From a virus (lineage: Duplodnaviria; Caudoviricetes), in IMG/VR virus record IMGVR_UViG_3300033463_000005, positions 194,510 to 258,509 of that record: DNA of 64,000 nucleotides; one strand, given 5' to 3'. The translations under genes and the position numbers were made by a program. How positions within the stretch are numbered: the first letter of the stretch is position 1; the number at the start of each line of letters is the position of its first letter. The notes under the pieces are model-generated. The model saw nothing but the letters and a program-made list of their open reading frames with translations. It had not been told where the DNA came from and ran no database searches. Below are positions 20,107-30,941 of this stretch, piece after piece.

Positions 20107-23100
20107 TTACATCACAGATGTTGCATTGGCATTATTTACGCTTGCGGTTTTTCTTGCATCAGATTGTTTCATTTCTTCCCATGCAGTTCTGTTAATTTTA
20201 ACCAGCTCATTCATGTCGGAAGCCAATGCATTAACAAACGCTTTTGCACCTTTGACACAAACTTTCATACCATCGAGTGCGTCCTTATATGCACGCATAT
20301 TCGTTTGATCTTCTTTCACACTCTTCATACTATCTAGAATTGAAATCATGTTATTCAGAAGATGTTCCCACATTTTGTGCCAATCTTCTAATTTATTATA
20401 AATATTATCAGAACGATATTCTCCAGTCATTGGGTCAAATCCGCCAACTCTTCCACGATTATTAGTAACATTATTTGTACCGAAGCAGATTTTGTCCAAC
20501 CAGTCGGATGTTGCTTGGTCGATAACATATTTGATTCGTTCCAGATTTGTATGTTCAACGATTGAAATACCTTTTGCGATATTATCAAATTTCATCGGAC
20601 CCAATGCTTCAATTTTAGCCTGATCCAATCTTTTCTGACCATTACCGTTTTTAACTTGATTGCCGCAAAGATATGCCAAATGTTGAATGATCGTTGTGTA
20701 TTTAAGAAGACTCTCATCGTCTATGAGAGGCTGCCCAGCTCTGGCTTTTGGATTAAATAGATAGAAATGAACACCGTCTTTGAACAAAGCACTCCACGTA
20801 TGTCCATTCACATCATGAATCGTTTTATATTTATTCTTTTTGGATTTGATTTTGAAAATCAAATTCTTAAACTTTCTGATGATTTGTCCCAACAGTCTCA
20901 GCAAACCATTGAGAGCATTTCTTAAAATACCGATAACACCCTTTGGAGATTGCGTCCAGTCTCCACGAGACATATCAGAAGCACCGGGAGCGTTGATTGT
21001 TTCGGTGTAGAATCCTTCCATAAATGCACTGATATCACCGGATATTTTCTTTTTGTCAACTGATTTAGTTTCGAGAATTGTCATCATTTCATCGAAATTC
21101 TGCGAGAAGAATTCCATTGCCATTTCAGCAGTATGGACATCCTCGGTCAATTCTTCGATGTCAATATCTTCAACATCGTCATCATCAGAAACAGAACCAC
21201 GAATATGGAATTTATCAACCGCAGTATGCATTGCCGTTGTTTCATCCATACCCATCTCAAGAAGTTCTTCGTATTCCTTTTTGACATCAGGATCTTTTGG
21301 TTCATACTTTTCACCGGTCATTTCACATTTCGCAAACAACAATTGTTCCATGTGGAAACGTTCCTCGTTTGCAATATCTGCGTACAAACGACGAAGAACA
21401 TCCACATTGGTTTCTTTTGCACCATCCATGTATTCATTCATGGCATCAGCTTCAGAAGCCATCAATTTCATCAGAATTCCAATTTCTTTCGGATCATATT
21501 CATTTTGTTCATCTGATACATCGGAACCAAATTTACCGAGATCGATGTCATCTGTATTTACAGTTTCATCGGCATCGGTTTCGATTGTTGTTTTTTCTTC
21601 TTTGGTTTCCTCTTTCAACTCATCGTCATCCAGATCGATATCTCCGACGGTGATTTTTTCAACACTTTCTTCTGCTTCTTGAACAAAGCGGGACGGGATC
21701 ATGACATGCGCCTCCTTCACAGGTTTAAATGGTTTTGCGGTTCCATCATACATCATTTTTGTATGAGTGTATATCCAGTTCATGAATTCTTTGATGGGTG
21801 TACCATAATCAATCTTTTCGTCTGTATAATCCCAAACGCCAAAGTTGATTGGTTTGTTCTCCACATCAGCAGAACATTCTGCGACGTAATCAAAGATTTC
21901 ATTTAATGTGTTGAATGTACGGCGACGCATATGTCCCCATTCATCCGTAACACGCTTGAATGCTCCTTCGAGATAAATGAATTTTCCTTCATATGGAACG
22001 ACACAAATCGTATGTGTATTAATCGGTTTATTATTCGTCGTTGTAAACGACATGAAGTATTTTTTGTATGTTACACCATATGCTTGGAGATATCCAGCCT
22101 CATATTCCACAAAGTCAAAGCAGTTACCTCCACCGGCTTCATCAACTTCTTGACCAGAATGGAATACCCAATATTTATTGTAATCCGCGTCAGATACGTT
22201 TCCAGTCATCAAACGACCATCACGAATCAAACCATATTTGAGTCGTTTCAAATCGTTGGATAACCATTGGCAAACTTTGTCTGTTGAGTAATCAAACTTT
22301 GTCGATTTGCTTAATACCGATGGTGGAACAATCCATCTCCATTTGAATGTGAAGTATCTGCGATGATGCTTTTCGTTCTTTGCATTCTTAACCGTGGATT
22401 TCATTTTCATTGCGGAGATTTGATCAACACGAATGGTTCCATATAGTTTCATACGAACCGGTTCAGTGATCCAAACTTCACGCGTGACATTTGTGTCCCA
22501 TACTTTCTTTTCTTGGATCAACTGTTTTGTTGTTTTATGTTTGTAATCCTTGAATGGTTTTTCAGGGACGTACACATACATTTTGTCGAAACGCTCTGGT
22601 GTATCACGTTCCATGTTTACCATGATACCATTCAATGCACCCTCAATGGATGAAGAAAAACAAACACGTGGAGACGTATTGTCTTCAAAATAATTGTCAT
22701 TCGGATCATATGGATCCAAATATTCCGGAACACGTGGTTGGAATATCTGCCCATCGAAATGTGATTTTTGTGATACATGGAAAACCAGATTATCAGAGAA
22801 TGGGTTTACACCATTCTTGATATCCTGGAATGCTCCTTCTTGGATGGTGTCAATAAAACCCTCGGTGAATAACTCACGATATGGTCCGTGTCTAAAAGCA
22901 TTCTTTAATTTTTCAGGAACATAGTGGTTTGCCCAATCTTTTAGAACAGACTTGACAAGAATTCCAACCGATCGAATATCATTGAGTGCTTTCTTGTCTT
23001 CGGGTGTTTCAATTTTATATGGTAGATTTTTGACTTTCAAAAGTGGATTTGTTTCATATACATTTTTTGCAGTATCACGAATGTCTGTTAAAATGTTTAT

Positions 23101-24930
23101 CAATTCCTCATGCGGAAATGTAAAGGATCCTTCATGAATTTTCTTTCTGTCTTCTGGTAATTTATCAAAATCATTAATAACCCAAATGATACCACGAATT
23201 TGAATAATAGTTTCATCAAGAAGATCCCGCCATACTTCTGGCGCCGACACCGACATATCCCAATTATCATCGTTGCCGACATCAAATTCTTCAATGGATT
23301 TTATATTCCATGAACTTTCCGGAATGGATGCCCAATAATAATATAATTTTGACATTGCGAACAATATTTTGCTCGTCAATTTTGTTGTAAATGTTCCATC
23401 TTCCTCGTCAATTTCCCAATAGTCGTGATTGTCTGTAGAAGATTCTTGAAAGTTTTCTACATCAGGTCTGATGATATATCGAACCGTTACAGGTTGCACA
23501 TCCTTGATCGGGACTTCATTGAGATCAACGAGAAGAGCTTCTTTTGATTGATCCATCCATTCGTATTTTGCAACATGATCTTTTAATTTAGAAATATCAA
23601 TTGCATATATGAAACCATTACCAGTCAATTCAAATGGTTCAAATGATTTACCATCATAATCGTGAACACGAACATGGACAACCTTAAGAGGTTCATCAAG
23701 ACCATCCGTCTGGTTCCATTCATCATAATCCGAATTAAATGATCGGATTCCCATTCGATAGAGTTGTCTCACCCAAGGTCTATCGGCGGAAAAAATACTT
23801 GCAATGCCTTTGTAAGGTGTGATAAACAATTGTTTATCAATATCAATTTTGTCATTTAATTTCTTTGCACACCCAAAGTACACAATATCAGGTTTATAAT
23901 TTTGAATAGGGATCGGTTTGTCTGAAGCATAATTATCTTTTGCTGATTCTTGAACGGGATCATCGGACGCAATCATTCCATGATCTTTCGCATATTGTTC
24001 ATCTTCATCACAAAGCATTCCATGTTCTCTCATATATGGGATGTCTTTCGATTCATCCCACGGAACCAGCATTGTCATGGAATTCATTTTCGTTAACAAT
24101 GCTTTATTCAAAGGACGATCATCCAAACGACAGATGTATGATTCAGAGTAATCAATATTACCAAAATAATCATTGAATATTTTCAATGATGACATTGGTT
24201 CAAAGATTCCTTGTTGTGGGTCCAGAATGCTTGGGATGTTAAAACTGATCAACATGAATTCATGCCCACCGGTTCCACCATTCCATTTCACATGAACATA
24301 GAATCGAGCATTTGGCTGTGTCATGATCCAATCGTTCAGTTCTTGGAAATTCGGGAATTCTTTTCGATCCGGATTCATGACAATACTTTCACCATATACA
24401 TCGAATGCAGGATCACGTGGAGAATAGATTGGTCGTGGTAACACATTGATTCCACGGAAGTTTGCTTCTGCACACCATGTACACAGTTCACAATTCTGAT
24501 TTCCCGTTGGCGGTTTCTGATCTGCAACATATTTTGCATGAATCCGATTAGCAATACTTTTCGCCAATGCCAAAGGATCCGTTTGATTTGATACACCTTT
24601 TACACGTTTCATCAATTCGTCTTCTTCATAATATGGAGCCAATGTATGTGGAGGAGCATTTCCAATACTGGTTCCATCTGACATTGGGGGAACTTGTTCT
24701 TGTGCAAACAGTTTTACTTTCTTCCATCCAGATGTATCAAGATTATATTCACGGGCACGACGCAGTATTTTACGTGCCAAGGGCTTTCTATCAGCGCCCT
24801 TTGCATATCCAACTTTCTTTGCAGCATCTTCAATATGAGCAGCATCATTCAGTGGGAATTTACGTTTATCTGGAATTCCGAATTGGGAATCTTTTAAACT
24901 GTTTCGCTTTTCAGTTGACATTTTAGCCAC
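20107..24930 (-). CDS. large multi-domain (polyvalent) probable virion/head protein: papain-fold, ART-like, transglutaminase-like and ferritin-like modules
   Basis: ~1600-aa ORF; NCELCT...GHEF papain-like dyad; GNCFDFV...THT; EADAMNEY...EERFH di-iron ferritin motif; modules separated by QE[SAG]; GTG start after AAGGAG. Confidence 0.72.
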   Translation of the reverse strand: MAKMSTEKRNSLKDSQFGIPDKRKFPLNDAAHIEDAAKKVGYAKGADRKPLARKILRRAREYNLDTSGWKKVKLFAQEQVPPMSDGTSIGNAPPHTLAPYYEEDELMKRVKGVSNQTDPLALAKSIANRIHAKYVADQKPPTGNQNCELCTWCAEANFRGINVLPRPIYSPRDPAFDVYGESIVMNPDRKEFPNFQELNDWIMTQPNARFYVHVKWNGGTGGHEFMLISFNIPSILDPQQGIFEPMSSLKIFNDYFGNIDYSESYICRLDDRPLNKALLTKMNSMTMLVPWDESKDIPYMREHGMLCDEDEQYAKDHGMIASDDPVQESAKDNYASDKPIPIQNYKPDIVYFGCAKKLNDKIDIDKQLFITPYKGIASIFSADRPWVRQLYRMGIRSFNSDYDEWNQTDGLDEPLKVVHVRVHDYDGKSFEPFELTGNGFIYAIDISKLKDHVAKYEWMDQSKEALLVDLNEVPIKDVQPVTVRYIIRPDVENFQESSTDNHDYWEIDEEDGTFTTKLTSKILFAMSKLYYYWASIPESSWNIKSIEEFDVGNDDNWDMSVSAPEVWRDLLDETIIQIRGIIWVINDFDKLPEDRKKIHEGSFTFPHEELINILTDIRDTAKNVYETNPLLKVKNLPYKIETPEDKKALNDIRSVGILVKSVLKDWANHYVPEKLKNAFRHGPYRELFTEGFIDTIQEGAFQDIKNGVNPFSDNLVFHVSQKSHFDGQIFQPRVPEYLDPYDPNDNYFEDNTSPRVCFSSSIEGALNGIMVNMERDTPERFDKMYVYVPEKPFKDYKHKTTKQLIQEKKVWDTNVTREVWITEPVRMKLYGTIRVDQISAMKMKSTVKNAKNEKHHRRYFTFKWRWIVPPSVLSKSTKFDYSTDKVCQWLSNDLKRLKYGLIRDGRLMTGNVSDADYNKYWVFHSGQEVDEAGGGNCFDFVEYEAGYLQAYGVTYKKYFMSFTTTNNKPINTHTICVVPYEGKFIYLEGAFKRVTDEWGHMRRRTFNTLNEIFDYVAECSADVENKPINFGVWDYTDEKIDYGTPIKEFMNWIYTHTKMMYDGTAKPFKPVKEAHVMIPSRFVQEAEESVEKITVGDIDLDDDELKEETKEEKTTIETDADETVNTDDIDLGKFGSDVSDEQNEYDPKEIGILMKLMASEADAMNEYMDGAKETNVDVLRRLYADIANEERFHMEQLLFAKCEMTGEKYEPKDPDVKKEYEELLEMGMDETTAMHTAVDKFHIRGSVSDDDDVEDIDIEELTEDVHTAEMAMEFFSQNFDEMMTILETKSVDKKKISGDISAFMEGFYTETINAPGASDMSRGDWTQSPKGVIGILRNALNGLLRLLGQIIRKFKNLIFKIKSKKNKYKTIHDVNGHTWSALFKDGVHFYLFNPKARAGQPLIDDESLLKYTTIIQHLAYLCGNQVKNGNGQKRLDQAKIEALGPMKFDNIAKGISIVEHTNLERIKYVIDQATSDWLDKICFGTNNVTNNRGRVGGFDPMTGEYRSDNIYNKLEDWHKMWEHLLNNMISILDSMKSVKEDQTNMRAYKDALDGMKVCVKGAKAFVNALASDMNELVKINRTAWEEMKQSDARKTASVNNANATSVM

Positions 24931-25048
24931 GCATAGCAGCTCCTTTCTAAACAAAGTTACCGAGACGTTTCGATTGTCAAATAAACAACCGCATAAATAT
25001 GTGATATATTTTATATATCTATCCAATCTGAACGGAGTGTGAACCTAT

Positions 25049-26023
25049 ATGAATGAATTAATTCAATCGATTAAAACAGTGGATCGGTGTCTTGAATCAT
25101 CAGACTTTGAAGTCATTCAGAGTCTTTTGAATTGTTATTCAAAAGCAATGTCTGTATTGGAATATTGCGATGATACTACAGATGTTTCATCATTTGAGAT
25201 TTTCCAAGAGTCTTTTAAAGATGATTTGAAGAAACCTATTTTCGGCGATAAGAGTGAAAGTGTTGCAAAACGAATCCTTATGGTTTTGCCGCGTATTATC
25301 GCAAAACTTATCACGTTGCTAACAAATATGATTTCGCGTTTTAAAAAATCAGAAAAGCGGGCAGAGAAAACCGCTGAAGATATCAAACAAACAGTCGAAG
25401 ATATTCCGGAAGAATCTAAAGAAAAAACTATTATGCTTAATTTATACTATACACCAAATGTGACTGGTTTGGATTATGTCCATGAGATTCATAAAGCATA
25501 TGATGGTATCCAGGGTGTTGTTTTTGGTGCAATATTTACCCAAAAAGATGGAAACACAACTATTTCTAAATATTTGGAAATATTGCGAAATGAACGAGAT
25601 CTCGAAAGGATTGCACAGCGTCTACAAGGAATTGATACACTCACTCGTCTTGAAAAACGCTCACAAACTCTTACTGCCGATGACATAGCCAGATATGTCG
25701 AATCAATGTTGGATGAATCGGACGAAGAGTCTATAGATGTTATAATAGAATATATGACCAAGGATTTAAAAGAAATCAAATCCATGATTGAACGAGAAGT
25801 GTCCAATGTAGATAACCAAAACATGAACCCAAAATATGCAGCGCGTGATAGAACTTCTAGTAGACGGAAATGGAGATTCCATTCACCAGAAGAAATTCAG
25901 CGGGTTATTGATTTCATCTCACAAATTGTCAGTCAATTATCCGAGTTTCAAGCAAAATATTGGAAAATGAAAACTGACGATCTCAATGAACTGCAACGTG
26001 GCGCTGATGCATTAATAAAATAA
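25049..26023 (+). CDS. putative internal head protein
   Basis: FQES motif followed by amphipathic helix (ILMVLPRIIAKLITLL) similar to the C-terminal part of the 1600-aa protein. Confidence 0.6.
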   Translation: MNELIQSIKTVDRCLESSDFEVIQSLLNCYSKAMSVLEYCDDTTDVSSFEIFQESFKDDLKKPIFGDKSESVAKRILMVLPRIIAKLITLLTNMISRFKKSEKRAEKTAEDIKQTVEDIPEESKEKTIMLNLYYTPNVTGLDYVHEIHKAYDGIQGVVFGAIFTQKDGNTTISKYLEILRNERDLERIAQRLQGIDTLTRLEKRSQTLTADDIARYVESMLDESDEESIDVIIEYMTKDLKEIKSMIEREVSNVDNQNMNPKYAARDRTSSRRKWRFHSPEEIQRVIDFISQIVSQLSEFQAKYWKMKTDDLNELQRGADALIK

Positions 26024-26034
26024 AAAAAAACGAT

Positions 26035-26063
26035 TAGATGAGGGGCATGAAGCCCCTCATCTA
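26035..26063. terminator. bidirectional terminator-like hairpin
   Basis: TAGATGAGGGGC-ATGAA-GCCCCTCATCTA between convergent genes. Confidence 0.65.
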
Positions 26064-26225
26064 AAATATTAAATATTTATGTAGCGATATAACTTGATAA
26101 ATCATTAATGATATCATCCATATCAGATGATTTGATTGCACCCATCACATTTCGTAAATTTGTTATAATAAATTGCTGAGGGGCACTTGCCCCTCAGCAA
26201 CTCATCATTTGTTCATATCAGTTGA

Positions 26226-26483
26226 TCAGTCAAAGAATCTACCGGGCTTCGGAGACAGGGGTGGTTCAGGCTGCTTGTAGCCGAGAGCAAGATCAGAATC
26301 CTCGATGTCAATATCGAACTGACCACTCTTCAGAGAGTTGTTGCCGCCAGAAACGATGGATTCCGGATTGAACGATGTGAACTTCGCAGCAAAGAGATCG
26401 GCATAACGAGAAGATGCTGCATCATAGCTTTCCTGCACGACCGGATCAGTGCTCATTGGATCGAACTCGAAATCATTACGCAT
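26226..26483 (-). CDS. small putative virion protein
   Basis: AAGGAG RBS, VQES motif, high-expression codon usage. Confidence 0.65.
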   Translation of the reverse strand: MRNDFEFDPMSTDPVVQESYDAASSRYADLFAAKFTSFNPESIVSGGNNSLKSGQFDIDIEDSDLALGYKQPEPPLSPKPGRFFD

Positions 26484-26496
26484 GATGAATTCTCCT

Positions 26497-27885
26497 TTAC
26501 ATTGAATTTGTTTGATCCTTACCGTAAAGATCAGTCAACAATTGGTTGATATACAACTGGTTGATTGTGATGATCAAACGGTAAGTATTCGCGTAGTTTA
26601 CGTTCTGGAATTTTAGTGTCCTAGTCGCCCAGTCCACATAATATCCATCACGTATCAATGAATGATTTTCTCTCATATCAACATGAACGAATAACTCTGG
26701 ATTCATTTTATGTTGAAGATGATAGTCAATCATTTTATTGATTGTTTGTCCAAAGATACTTCCGATATTGACTTCCGTTTCACCCCAGTCCAGCTTAATG
26801 ATTGGACGTGAATGAATCTTCCATCCATATAGCAACGGAAAATCTTTTTCATTGAAAACATCAGAAAAGATTGGTATAGAAATTGCACCTGGGGTTGGTT
26901 CAATCATCCGATACGGGCCTGGGTTCGGAACTGACAAATCAAACATACCAATTGTATTGAATTCACATTCAATTGTGAATGTAATTGGACAGTCTGATTC
27001 CGCCTGACCAATCTTTGTGACATTTGTGTAGTTTAGCTCATGCATCCGACACAACAGTGACGTCATATAATATGAATAGAATGCATCTTTGTGTCGTCCC
27101 GATGAGAATCGATACGATACAGGATACATCGAATTCATATTCAAATAATCCACAAATTGTGACACATTTCCTTCTGCGTCTTTAACAGGAATTCCCGCAT
27201 AACGAGAAATCTCCATTAAGAACCCATCAGGAAGAGCCATTTCCAGTGCAGTGTCGATATCAAAGTATTGCCCATTTGTTGGAATTTTATTGATGAGATA
27301 GGAAGCCCATCGCAATTGTTCCATAGCGGAACGGAATGACAGTACGAAATCAAAATACATGATCACACGATTGATCTTCCCACGCCATTCGATTCCCTTC
27401 CGTTTGTCAAAGAATAACTTTTCCATTTCGGAGCGATTCTGAAACCGATTTGATGTGGTTGACCAAAGTGTGGTCGCATAAGATCCCGCAGCAAGTCGAT
27501 GATCCAGACCACTGAGAGAAATACGAGGATTCACAACACAGATTGGATATGGTTGTGTACGAATTTGTTTTGGAGTATGCCTTAGCTGACGATGCGCAAT
27601 TGTGGTAGATGGTAAAGCAGTTGCGAATGTATTGGAAGGAAACAGGTCCAGAACAAACTGCAATAGAATCGCAGTCACATTTCCAACAGTATGCGCCATA
27701 TCAGTACCAGACTGACATGCCAATGATAACTCATAACCATGTCGATGATATTCTGGTGATAGGGAATTATACTGATAAGAATATCCGGGATGCTGTTCCT
27801 CCAAATTGGTTTTACCCTCATTGAAATTATTTGCATTATCCCGATTCGGATGCATATCATCGTAATGTGTCATTGTTGCTGACAC
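26497..27885 (-). CDS. putative virion structural protein
   Basis: 462-aa ORF in structural block, beta-rich; function not recognised. Confidence 0.6.
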   Translation of the reverse strand: MSATMTHYDDMHPNRDNANNFNEGKTNLEEQHPGYSYQYNSLSPEYHRHGYELSLACQSGTDMAHTVGNVTAILLQFVLDLFPSNTFATALPSTTIAHRQLRHTPKQIRTQPYPICVVNPRISLSGLDHRLAAGSYATTLWSTTSNRFQNRSEMEKLFFDKRKGIEWRGKINRVIMYFDFVLSFRSAMEQLRWASYLINKIPTNGQYFDIDTALEMALPDGFLMEISRYAGIPVKDAEGNVSQFVDYLNMNSMYPVSYRFSSGRHKDAFYSYYMTSLLCRMHELNYTNVTKIGQAESDCPITFTIECEFNTIGMFDLSVPNPGPYRMIEPTPGAISIPIFSDVFNEKDFPLLYGWKIHSRPIIKLDWGETEVNIGSIFGQTINKMIDYHLQHKMNPELFVHVDMRENHSLIRDGYYVDWATRTLKFQNVNYANTYRLIITINQLYINQLLTDLYGKDQTNSM

Positions 27886-28304
27886 CTCGCGATCAATACC
27901 GCCAAAACGGACGTGAATTTTTCGATATTATAATATCGAATAAACGGGAAGTCGAATTGTGTAATCGACGGACACCGATTCAGAATCATCAATGGTCGCC
28001 ACATGTTTGTGAGACCATAACGATCATATGCACATAGCTTCGGATTTCGTGTGTATTTCGGATCAAACTTTTCGACTGTATACATATCTGGATAGGATTC
28101 CAGTATACGATAGAATTTCAAAGGAAGATACGAAATCACGACATCCCACGTATGTTCATTCAATGTATCATCAACCAACAATTGTTCTTCCCGAGATAAT
28201 CTCACGGAGGTGGAAATATTTTCCAATGTGAAGAGATCGGATCTGATGTATGCAAGCAATGAGGGCAGCAATGTTTTTTCATCAGAGGTCATTGGATCTC
28301 TCAT
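27870..28304 (-). CDS. baseplate wedge-like (T4 gp53/LysM-like) protein
   Basis: YTRNPKLCAYDRYGLTNMWRPLMILN resembles the gp53-family motif RPxxxAYxxYGxxxxWxxxxxxN. Confidence 0.6.
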   Translation of the reverse strand: MRDPMTSDEKTLLPSLLAYIRSDLFTLENISTSVRLSREEQLLVDDTLNEHTWDVVISYLPLKFYRILESYPDMYTVEKFDPKYTRNPKLCAYDRYGLTNMWRPLMILNRCPSITQFDFPFIRYYNIEKFTSVLAVLIARCQQQ

Positions 28305-28319
28305 CTCCTCTCATGAAAT

Positions 28320-28604
28320 TTATTGTACACGGACATACATTTGAAAGATGTCATTATCATCACAGACCAGCGTCGCTTTGTAATCACCATTTGGATTTTG
28401 AATCATTCGAGATTCATTTAGAATTCGAATCGGAAGTTTGAATAACTCCGTTAACTCAATGGATCCAGATTGATAATTAACAGAAGAGAACACTGGGGAT
28501 ACAATCTCAATGATATCACCATCTTTGATTGTATCCCGTGTACGTATGATACATGTTGATGTATGAGGGATGGAAATCGTCATATCACGATTTTGTAGTA
28601 ACAT
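28320..28604 (-). CDS. hypothetical protein
   Basis: packed ORF. Confidence 0.62.
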   Translation of the reverse strand: MLLQNRDMTISIPHTSTCIIRTRDTIKDGDIIEIVSPVFSSVNYQSGSIELTELFKLPIRILNESRMIQNPNGDYKATLVCDDNDIFQMYVRVQ

Positions 28605-28632
28605 GGTTCATCTCATCCCTTTCTTTCATACA

Positions 28633-29769
28633 TTACTCGGCTGCACCTTCACCATCATCGGCAATGCCTTCGGACTGACCGGTTGCAATCTTGCCGAGTG
28701 CAGAGACAGCATCAGAGAATGCCTTGACAACTGCATCAGCGGTGTTTGAGACATCGCTTGCCCAGGTCTTGACATTGTCGTTGATCTTCTGGAACTTCGC
28801 GGAGATCTTCTTCTGAGTACCAGCCTTAGACTGACCATGACGGACCTCTTCAGCAGTACAGAGAGACTTGATGAAGTTCTCGGCACCAGCCTTCTTGGTC
28901 TTGGAAGCAGCCTTAACGATACCAGCAGAAACCTGCTGTGCAACGTAGGTGTAGGTGATGAGCTCAGCAATATCCTCAGCGTCAGCGTTCTTGGTTGTGG
29001 AGATGCCCTTAACAGCCGGGAAGGAAGAACCCTTCAGAAGCTGCTTGTAGAGCGCATTCACATCCGGAACACCACCCTGATCGAAGCCAGTCTTCGGATC
29101 ATTTGCAGCATACTTATCAGATGCGAAGAAGCCCTTCAGCATCTTGACAAAGCTCTGATCGAAAGACAGAACTTCCTGGACAGTTGGATCCTCAATGCAA
29201 TCACCAATGCCCATGCCGAAGACAGAAGCGAGACGAGCCATGCAGTTACCATAGCTGAAGATCAGCTTCTCAGCTTCAGATGCAGTCGGGAAGATACCCT
29301 TTGCAAAAGTGATAGCATTCTTGGACTTACGGTTGGTTGCGAAATCACGAACCAGCGCCTGTGCAAGTGGTTTTGCAAATGCGATCATGAAGTTACCAGT
29401 GTTCGCAGCAGAAGCGGAAATACCATACTTCTTGCCGAGACCAATAATAGCCTTCATGTCACGATCAGCAGCAGTTTTCACCTTCTTGGCATTCTCAAGA
29501 ACGACATCGTAGAAACCGATCAGTTCCTGAGCAACAGCCTCTGTTGCGAGACCGACAGCCTTGTCCGGTTCGGTCGGAAGACCTGCTTCCTCAGCCTCGG
29601 TAGCGGCTTCCTGAATAATTGCAGAATTTGCCGGAAGTTCAGCGAGCTTCGCAGCATACTCGAAAATCGCAGAAGAAACGTTAACCTTACCCAGTGCCTC
29701 CTTTGCATGGACATCGTGCATAGAGGCATCACCAGTGTCAAGGTCAAGCATGATTTCAGAAAATTTCAT
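28633..29769 (-). CDS. abundant Ala-rich putative virion protein
   Basis: strong codon bias, IQEA motif near N-terminus, GAAAGG RBS. Confidence 0.72.
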   Translation of the reverse strand: MKFSEIMLDLDTGDASMHDVHAKEALGKVNVSSAIFEYAAKLAELPANSAIIQEAATEAEEAGLPTEPDKAVGLATEAVAQELIGFYDVVLENAKKVKTAADRDMKAIIGLGKKYGISASAANTGNFMIAFAKPLAQALVRDFATNRKSKNAITFAKGIFPTASEAEKLIFSYGNCMARLASVFGMGIGDCIEDPTVQEVLSFDQSFVKMLKGFFASDKYAANDPKTGFDQGGVPDVNALYKQLLKGSSFPAVKGISTTKNADAEDIAELITYTYVAQQVSAGIVKAASKTKKAGAENFIKSLCTAEEVRHGQSKAGTQKKISAKFQKINDNVKTWASDVSNTADAVVKAFSDAVSALGKIATGQSEGIADDGEGAAE

Positions 29770-29869
29770 ACTAGCATTTTCCTTTCTCATAGTGATTATA
29801 TTCACACGATGTTATATGATAAGAGCCCCCTAATATCATACGACTCCGTGTAAATTACAATTTGGTTTG

Positions 29870-30193
29870 TTATACGGTCGAATCGTCCCGTAATTGCATT
29901 TTATAAGAATCAATTAATTGATTTGCTTGATTCTTATATTTGTTGATCAGTTCGGTTCTGATTTTGCGATGATCCATTCCTGCACGAACCAATGCAGCAT
30001 AATCAGGATCAGATTCTTGTTTTGCTAACATCAATGCGACAACAGATACTGCGATGTTGTTTGCAGTATCCTCGGTCAAATGAATTGTATTTTTTACATC
30101 AATTCCTTGTTGTGATGCAAGCTCTTGCAATTGTTGGTTTTCATGTAAACGTTTCATGATCAATCCAACTTTTGCAATGATGTCATCATTCAT
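29870..30193 (-). CDS. hypothetical protein
   Basis: GGAGG RBS. Confidence 0.7.
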   Translation of the reverse strand: MNDDIIAKVGLIMKRLHENQQLQELASQQGIDVKNTIHLTEDTANNIAVSVVALMLAKQESDPDYAALVRAGMDHRKIRTELINKYKNQANQLIDSYKMQLRDDSTV

Positions 30194-30332
30194 GTGAATA
30201 CCTCCAATCTACAGAGTATTATCATAACGTGAATTAATATAGTATGAAGGGGCATGAAGCCCCTTCTGCGTATTAATTATTTTTATACATATATAATTGA
30301 TATGTAATATCTGAATGAAAGGAGATGTTGTT

Positions 30333-30530
30333 ATGAATCCATCCCAAATGATGAATGTGTGGAACCCGTTCAGTCGATCCACACAAACATCATCCGAGAT
30401 TGTCCATTCCATTACGAATGTTGACAATACTTGTGTCAACCGTAATATCATGGATGCTTTGCATGTGGCGACGTGCAAAGCGATTGTTGACAAGAATTCA
30501 TCAACAATCGAGAAACCGTGGATACGGTAA
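30333..30530 (+). CDS. small hypothetical protein
   Basis: AAAGGAG RBS and upstream TATATAATTGATATG promoter-like motif. Confidence 0.5.
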   Translation: MNPSQMMNVWNPFSRSTQTSSEIVHSITNVDNTCVNRNIMDALHVATCKAIVDKNSSTIEKPWIR

Positions 30531-30586
30531 ACAAGAAAAAAAGAAATTGATACTTTCATATCAATTTCTTTTTTCATATTGTTCTA

Positions 30587-30844
30587 TTAAAATGGTATTT
30601 CATCTTGATATGAGATGATTTCATTTGCATTTGTGATTAATGAATCATATTGACGATTCATCAGTTGTCTTGCATAATATTCCAATTCATTTAAGATTTT
30701 AACATCCCGATCTTCTTGTAGATAGATATGTTTTCTGTATACTGTGACAAGTTCCAAAAGTTGTCTTGCATAGAAATCAATGTCTGATACATATAATTTC
30801 ATAAGTGGTTTATTCTTTGCATCTTTATTGTGATAAATATCCAT
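30587..30844 (-). CDS. hypothetical protein
   Basis: GGGAGG RBS. Confidence 0.65.
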   Translation of the reverse strand: MDIYHNKDAKNKPLMKLYVSDIDFYARQLLELVTVYRKHIYLQEDRDVKILNELEYYARQLMNRQYDSLITNANEIISYQDEIPF

Positions 30845-30941
30845 TATGAATCCCTCCCATATGAAAAACTCACAATTAGAATATGAGTTGATTCGTATTC
30901 TTCATACCAATTATATATTTATCAAGAAAGGAATTTTGATT

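Noticed and set aside
28837-29853. 338-aa plus-strand ORF antisense to the Ala-rich virion gene
   Set aside because: Antisense shadow caused by codon bias.
30209-30577. 122-aa minus-strand ORF
   Set aside because: Runs through a terminator hairpin and promoter motif; the plus-strand small ORF has the better RBS.
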